From Candidatus Poribacteria bacterium (lineage in GTDB: Bacteria; Poribacteria; WGA-4E; WGA-3G), in assembly GCA_963665235.2 (NCBI GenBank), contig CAXXLX010000002.1, positions 800,001-864,000 of the forward strand: DNA of 64,000 nt. The letters run 5' to 3'. The position numbers were made by a program, and so were the translations under genes. How positions within the stretch are numbered: the first letter of the stretch is position 1; each line of letters begins with the position of its first letter. Below the pieces are notes generated by a model. It saw only the letters and a program-made list of their open reading frames with translations, was not told the origin of the DNA and made no database searches. Positions 60,561-64,000 of this stretch are shown one piece after another.

Positions 60561-63266
60561 TTACTTCCTTATCAACATTCTCCGCGTGGCAGAAAAATCG
60601 CCTGCCGTGAGTGTGTAGAAATAGACACCGCTCGCGACGGGTTCACCGACTGCATTTCTGCCATCCCAATACGCCGCACGGCTCCGAGACTGATAGACCC
60701 CCGCGGGTTGATGCCCGAGTGCCAACTGCCGGATAACGTGTCCATTTGAGGCATAGATCGTAATCATCACCGCTGCGGGTTTGGACAGCTGATACGGTAT
60801 CCACGTCTCTGGGTTGAACGGGTTCGGATAGTTCGGTAAGAGTGTTGTCTCTTTCGGTGTTAACACAGTCAAGAGTTGTTCCAAAACCAGAATGCCACGT
60901 TGGAAAGCGGCATCAGAAAAGTTGAGCTGCCGTGCTTCCTGTAGCCATGCTTCCACTATCTTACGTGTCGGCATATTATCATGGTTAAGACTCCACAATA
61001 CGGGTGCAGCAGTATCCCCATTTTCACTATTATTTCCGATAGCTGCCGCGACCAATGTCAAATCAACGATATTGACGACACCGTCACCGTTGACATCCGC
61101 ATCATTTGCCCCACTCTGTCCGAAGTTCGCAGCAACCAGGGTTAAATCGACAATGTTAATAACACCGTTATCGTTAACATCCGCAGGCAATTGTGCATCC
61201 TTTGGCAGTTGCGTTGGTTCGGTAATCTCAGCATTTTCTGTAGTGGGTGTAGAACTGCCGCCGACACTGTCAGCCAGCAGCACACTAGATAGGCTCACAG
61301 TAGAAGCTTTGGCAGCAACAACCTCAAATGTGATAGTCGCGAGTGTACCATCACCGCTGCTTCCACCTGCTACTGACGATGCCGCAAGAGTTAGGGTATT
61401 TCCTTCGGCAACTGGCGGAATAAAGAACGCACTTGTAGGGAGATAGTCTCCGTTGGCACTTTCTACATACCGGAGCACGGCGGTATCAAACTGCAGAGTT
61501 GCCTGGTATCCTGCAACGTTTTTTCCAGTCATAATATCCAAAGAGAGTGTGAGTTGTTCTCCGAGCCCTGGCGATGCCATTGGTGATGGTGTCAGACGAA
61601 CCGTAGTTGATGGAGTAGAATCAGTGGGAGATAAGGGTATAAGTGATTCGGTATTCTCTGTGATTTTCCAAACCTTTTCACCATCAGAGATCAAAGACCC
61701 ATCCGGACTCCATGCTAAATCCGCAATGCTCACTCCTACCAAAATGGATCCCACTTCGGTAAAGTTTGCATCGGTTTCATAGAAAGATATTCTACCATCA
61801 TCACCGCCGACCGCAAGATATTTATCATCTGGACTGAAAGCAATTGCCCAAGGTGAAAATTCTTTGTAATCTATTTGATGAATAATACTGGGGGTGGCCA
61901 TATTGTTTGTATCATAGATGGAAACATTGTGGTCATCTAAGTAGTTACCATCAGCAGCAAAGTAGTTACCATCCGGACTGAAGGCAACATCAAAGATGGC
62001 TCCCCCAAGTTCTACTTGTGTTTCATTTACATTGTCTGACCACCAACTGCTTAATTCATAGAAGATTACAGTCCCATTGTTGTGACCCGTGGCAAGATAC
62101 TTACCATCCGGACTGAAGGCGAGACTATCTACCCTGGATGCATTTTTCCGTCCCCACCACTTATAGTTTCCATTATCTAGGTTCCAAAGAAGAACACGGG
62201 AATTATCTGAGAATGATACTGCTACATACCTACTATCCTGACTAAAGCGAACTGCGTAAATTTCTCCACGCGTTATGGAGGAAGGCATCAAAAAAGTTTC
62301 AACGACACCTTCCATGTTCGAATTTACGATAGCCAAGATAGGTTGTTCATCATTGCCAACGTGTGTGCCATACGCAAGATATTTCCCATCAGGACTGAAA
62401 TCTAAACCCCAGACAGACTTTTCTGGATTATCAACATTCGGTTTATAAGCTGTAACTAGCTCACCGGTACTCACGTCCCAGAGGACTGTAGCGTTAACAT
62501 TACTACCGGTAGCAATATATCTTCCATCAGGACTAAAGGCTACCCCATAACTAAATAAGACCGACAATTCATTTTTTGTCCGCAGATTGTGTATCTCTGT
62601 AATAAGCGGATTGTTGACTGTTGTCGCGGCTAGTGCCTTCAAATAGTTTATAGGTACAGCAAAATTGAGATTCTGTCCATCTATACGAGAAGCAACAGAG
62701 ATGCCGATGACTTGGCCGCTACTATTGAGCACAGGACCGCCACTACTCCCATCAGAAATAGGAGCAGTCATCTGAAGTAATTTGACTCCGCTTTCTTGTC
62801 GGATACCACTGATGATACCGTCTGAAAACGTGCCTTCCAATCCCTTTGGGTTACCCGCAACGTAAATTTTTTCTCCGACTTGAACCGCATCACTGTCCCC
62901 GAGGGGAAGTATCGGAGCATTAACACCTTTGACTATTACTATTGCAATATCGTGTGTTTCATCAACAGCACGGATAGATTCAATCTTATGTGCCGTTGTT
63001 TCCCCAACCAATTTTGCTGTGCCTACTGCTGCACCCTCAATTACGTGATGGTTCGTTGCGATCAGACCTTCACCGATGACGAATCCGCTCCCTGTAACTT
63101 GATCGTCAGTGGTGAGCTCAACCTCAATATGTAACGTAGAATCTAAAGCGATCTTGGCAAGTTCTTGGGTCGTTAAGGCAGCTACACCAGATATTCCGTA
63201 GAGTAGCAATAGTCCAGTAAGAATTGCCATAAATAATTTTCGACTTAATATAAACATTTTCCTCAT
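60561..63266 (-). CDS. Secreted trypsin-like serine protease + WD40 + cohesin + dockerin + FlgD-Ig/T9SS-like tail
   Basis: ATNHHV, HDIA, GSSGGP triad; repeated FSPDG blades; DVN.DG.VNIVDL twice; LLPNYPNPFNPETW. Confidence 0.85.
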   Translation of the reverse strand: MRKMFILSRKLFMAILTGLLLLYGISGVAALTTQELAKIALDSTLHIEVELTTDDQVTGSGFVIGEGLIATNHHVIEGAAVGTAKLVGETTAHKIESIRAVDETHDIAIVIVKGVNAPILPLGDSDAVQVGEKIYVAGNPKGLEGTFSDGIISGIRQESGVKLLQMTAPISDGSSGGPVLNSSGQVIGISVASRIDGQNLNFAVPINYLKALAATTVNNPLITEIHNLRTKNELSVLFSYGVAFSPDGRYIATGSNVNATVLWDVSTGELVTAYKPNVDNPEKSVWGLDFSPDGKYLAYGTHVGNDEQPILAIVNSNMEGVVETFLMPSSITRGEIYAVRFSQDSRYVAVSFSDNSRVLLWNLDNGNYKWWGRKNASRVDSLAFSPDGKYLATGHNNGTVIFYELSSWWSDNVNETQVELGGAIFDVAFSPDGNYFAADGNYLDDHNVSIYDTNNMATPSIIHQIDYKEFSPWAIAFSPDDKYLAVGGDDGRISFYETDANFTEVGSILVGVSIADLAWSPDGSLISDGEKVWKITENTESLIPLSPTDSTPSTTVRLTPSPMASPGLGEQLTLSLDIMTGKNVAGYQATLQFDTAVLRYVESANGDYLPTSAFFIPPVAEGNTLTLAASSVAGGSSGDGTLATITFEVVAAKASTVSLSSVLLADSVGGSSTPTTENAEITEPTQLPKDAQLPADVNDNGVINIVDLTLVAANFGQSGANDADVNGDGVVNIVDLTLVAAAIGNNSENGDTAAPVLWSLNHDNMPTRKIVEAWLQEARQLNFSDAAFQRGILVLEQLLTVLTPKETTLLPNYPNPFNPETWIPYQLSKPAAVMITIYASNGHVIRQLALGHQPAGVYQSRSRAAYWDGRNAVGEPVASGVYFYTLTAGDFSATRRMLIRK

Positions 63267-63365
63267 AAACTCCTTTTGATTTTCTGATTGCAATATGCAA
63301 TCGAAGTATTGAATGGAAGAATGGCACACAATAAATTGCCATCCTTCCAGTTTTATCTAATACGC

Positions 63366-63641
63366 TTACTTGCGTATTAACATCTTGCGCGTGGCAGAAA
63401 ACTCGCCTGCGGAGAGTGTGTAAAAATAAACACCGCTTGCGACAGGTTCACCCACTGCATTTCTGCCATCCCAATACGCCGCGCGGCTACGGGAGTGATA
63501 GACACCGGCGGGTTGATGCCCGAGTGCCAACTGCCGGATGACGTGTCCATTTGAGGCATAGATCGTCAACTTTACGTCTGCTGCTTCAGAGAGTTGGTAC
63601 GGGACCCACGTCTCTGGGTTGAACGGGTTCGGATAGTTTGC
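63366..63641 (-). pseudogene. Orphan FlgD-Ig/T9SS-like C-terminal domain
   Basis: ANYPNPFNPETWVPYQL...ATRKMLIRK with no upstream body; highly similar to 60561-60836. Confidence 0.75.
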
Positions 63642-63698
63642 CAATATGAACCACCCTCAATGAATTAGGTCTATCAGATGGCTATTGATTCCTTAAGG

Positions 63699-64000
63699 TT
63701 AATCTCCAATTTCCTCTATTTCCCATGAACCATCATCGCGTTTATTGGCAACAAGGGTATACCGTTTACCATTGATATTTGAATCCTTAATATTTAGGCC
63801 TTGGCCGGCAGTAAAGAACAAGAACTGTGCGCTTCCGTCATCAAGAATAGTCAGCTCGTTATTGGTCCCAGGGTACGTACAACTGTCACCGGGTTGGAGA
63901 ATATCACCGACTTGACATACCCCCTGTTCTGCGGGTTGAGGCGGTTGTTCCGGTTGCGTTTCAACTTCTTGTTCTGCGGGTTGTTCCGGTTGCGTTTCAA
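63699..64000 (-). CDS. Partial lipoprotein-like paralogue of 58804-59619 with ETQPEQP repeats
   Basis: Manual translation ETQPEQPAEQEVETQPEQP...VCQVGDILQPGDSCTYPGT...SWEIEEIGD*. Confidence 0.7.
   Translation of the reverse strand, partial: ETQPEQPAEQEVETQPEQPPQPAEQGVCQVGDILQPGDSCTYPGTNNELTILDDGSAQFLFFTAGQGLNIKDSNINGKRYTLVANKRDDGSWEIEEIGD

Noticed and set aside
59620-63350. Integron attC sites
   Set aside because: No clear RYYYAAC/GTTRRRY core and no integrase in the window; kept only as an unexplained conserved leader

Overview
Bacterial chromosomal window. The protein style (C-terminal 'V.P..K..TWG.LK' and 'NYPNPFNPETWIPYQL' tails, cohesin/dockerin/WD40 secreted proteins, sulfatases, ThuA, PhyH, GH95) suggests Ca. 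Poribacteria or a close relative; this is an inference from motifs only. Housekeeping genes are dnaK, fabV, secD, secF, apt, rpe, rluD and tRNA-Arg(CCT), mixed with carbohydrate and sulfate catabolic genes. The strongest candidate for an undescribed system is a minus-strand cluster at 16.3-24.0 kb. It encodes a GrpE-like protein, a lid-less Hsp70 lacking the J-domain-docking Arg, and three paralogous fusions of a small helical domain, an HPD-less J-like domain and an FGE-sulfatase/C-type-lectin fold with divergent binding tips. A thermonuclease-like gene and a broken DUF2971-like gene lie among the paralogues. Other points: a sigma-54 promoter with paired palindromes before dnaK; an R-M system whose endonuclease is broken by a locally templated insertion; an IS608-like tnpB-only element; a 6.5-kb nest of MITEs, REP arrays and IS630s; and a conserved hairpin-palindrome-RBS leader repeated between secreted-protein genes at 59-64 kb. 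All calls are by eye, with no database searches.
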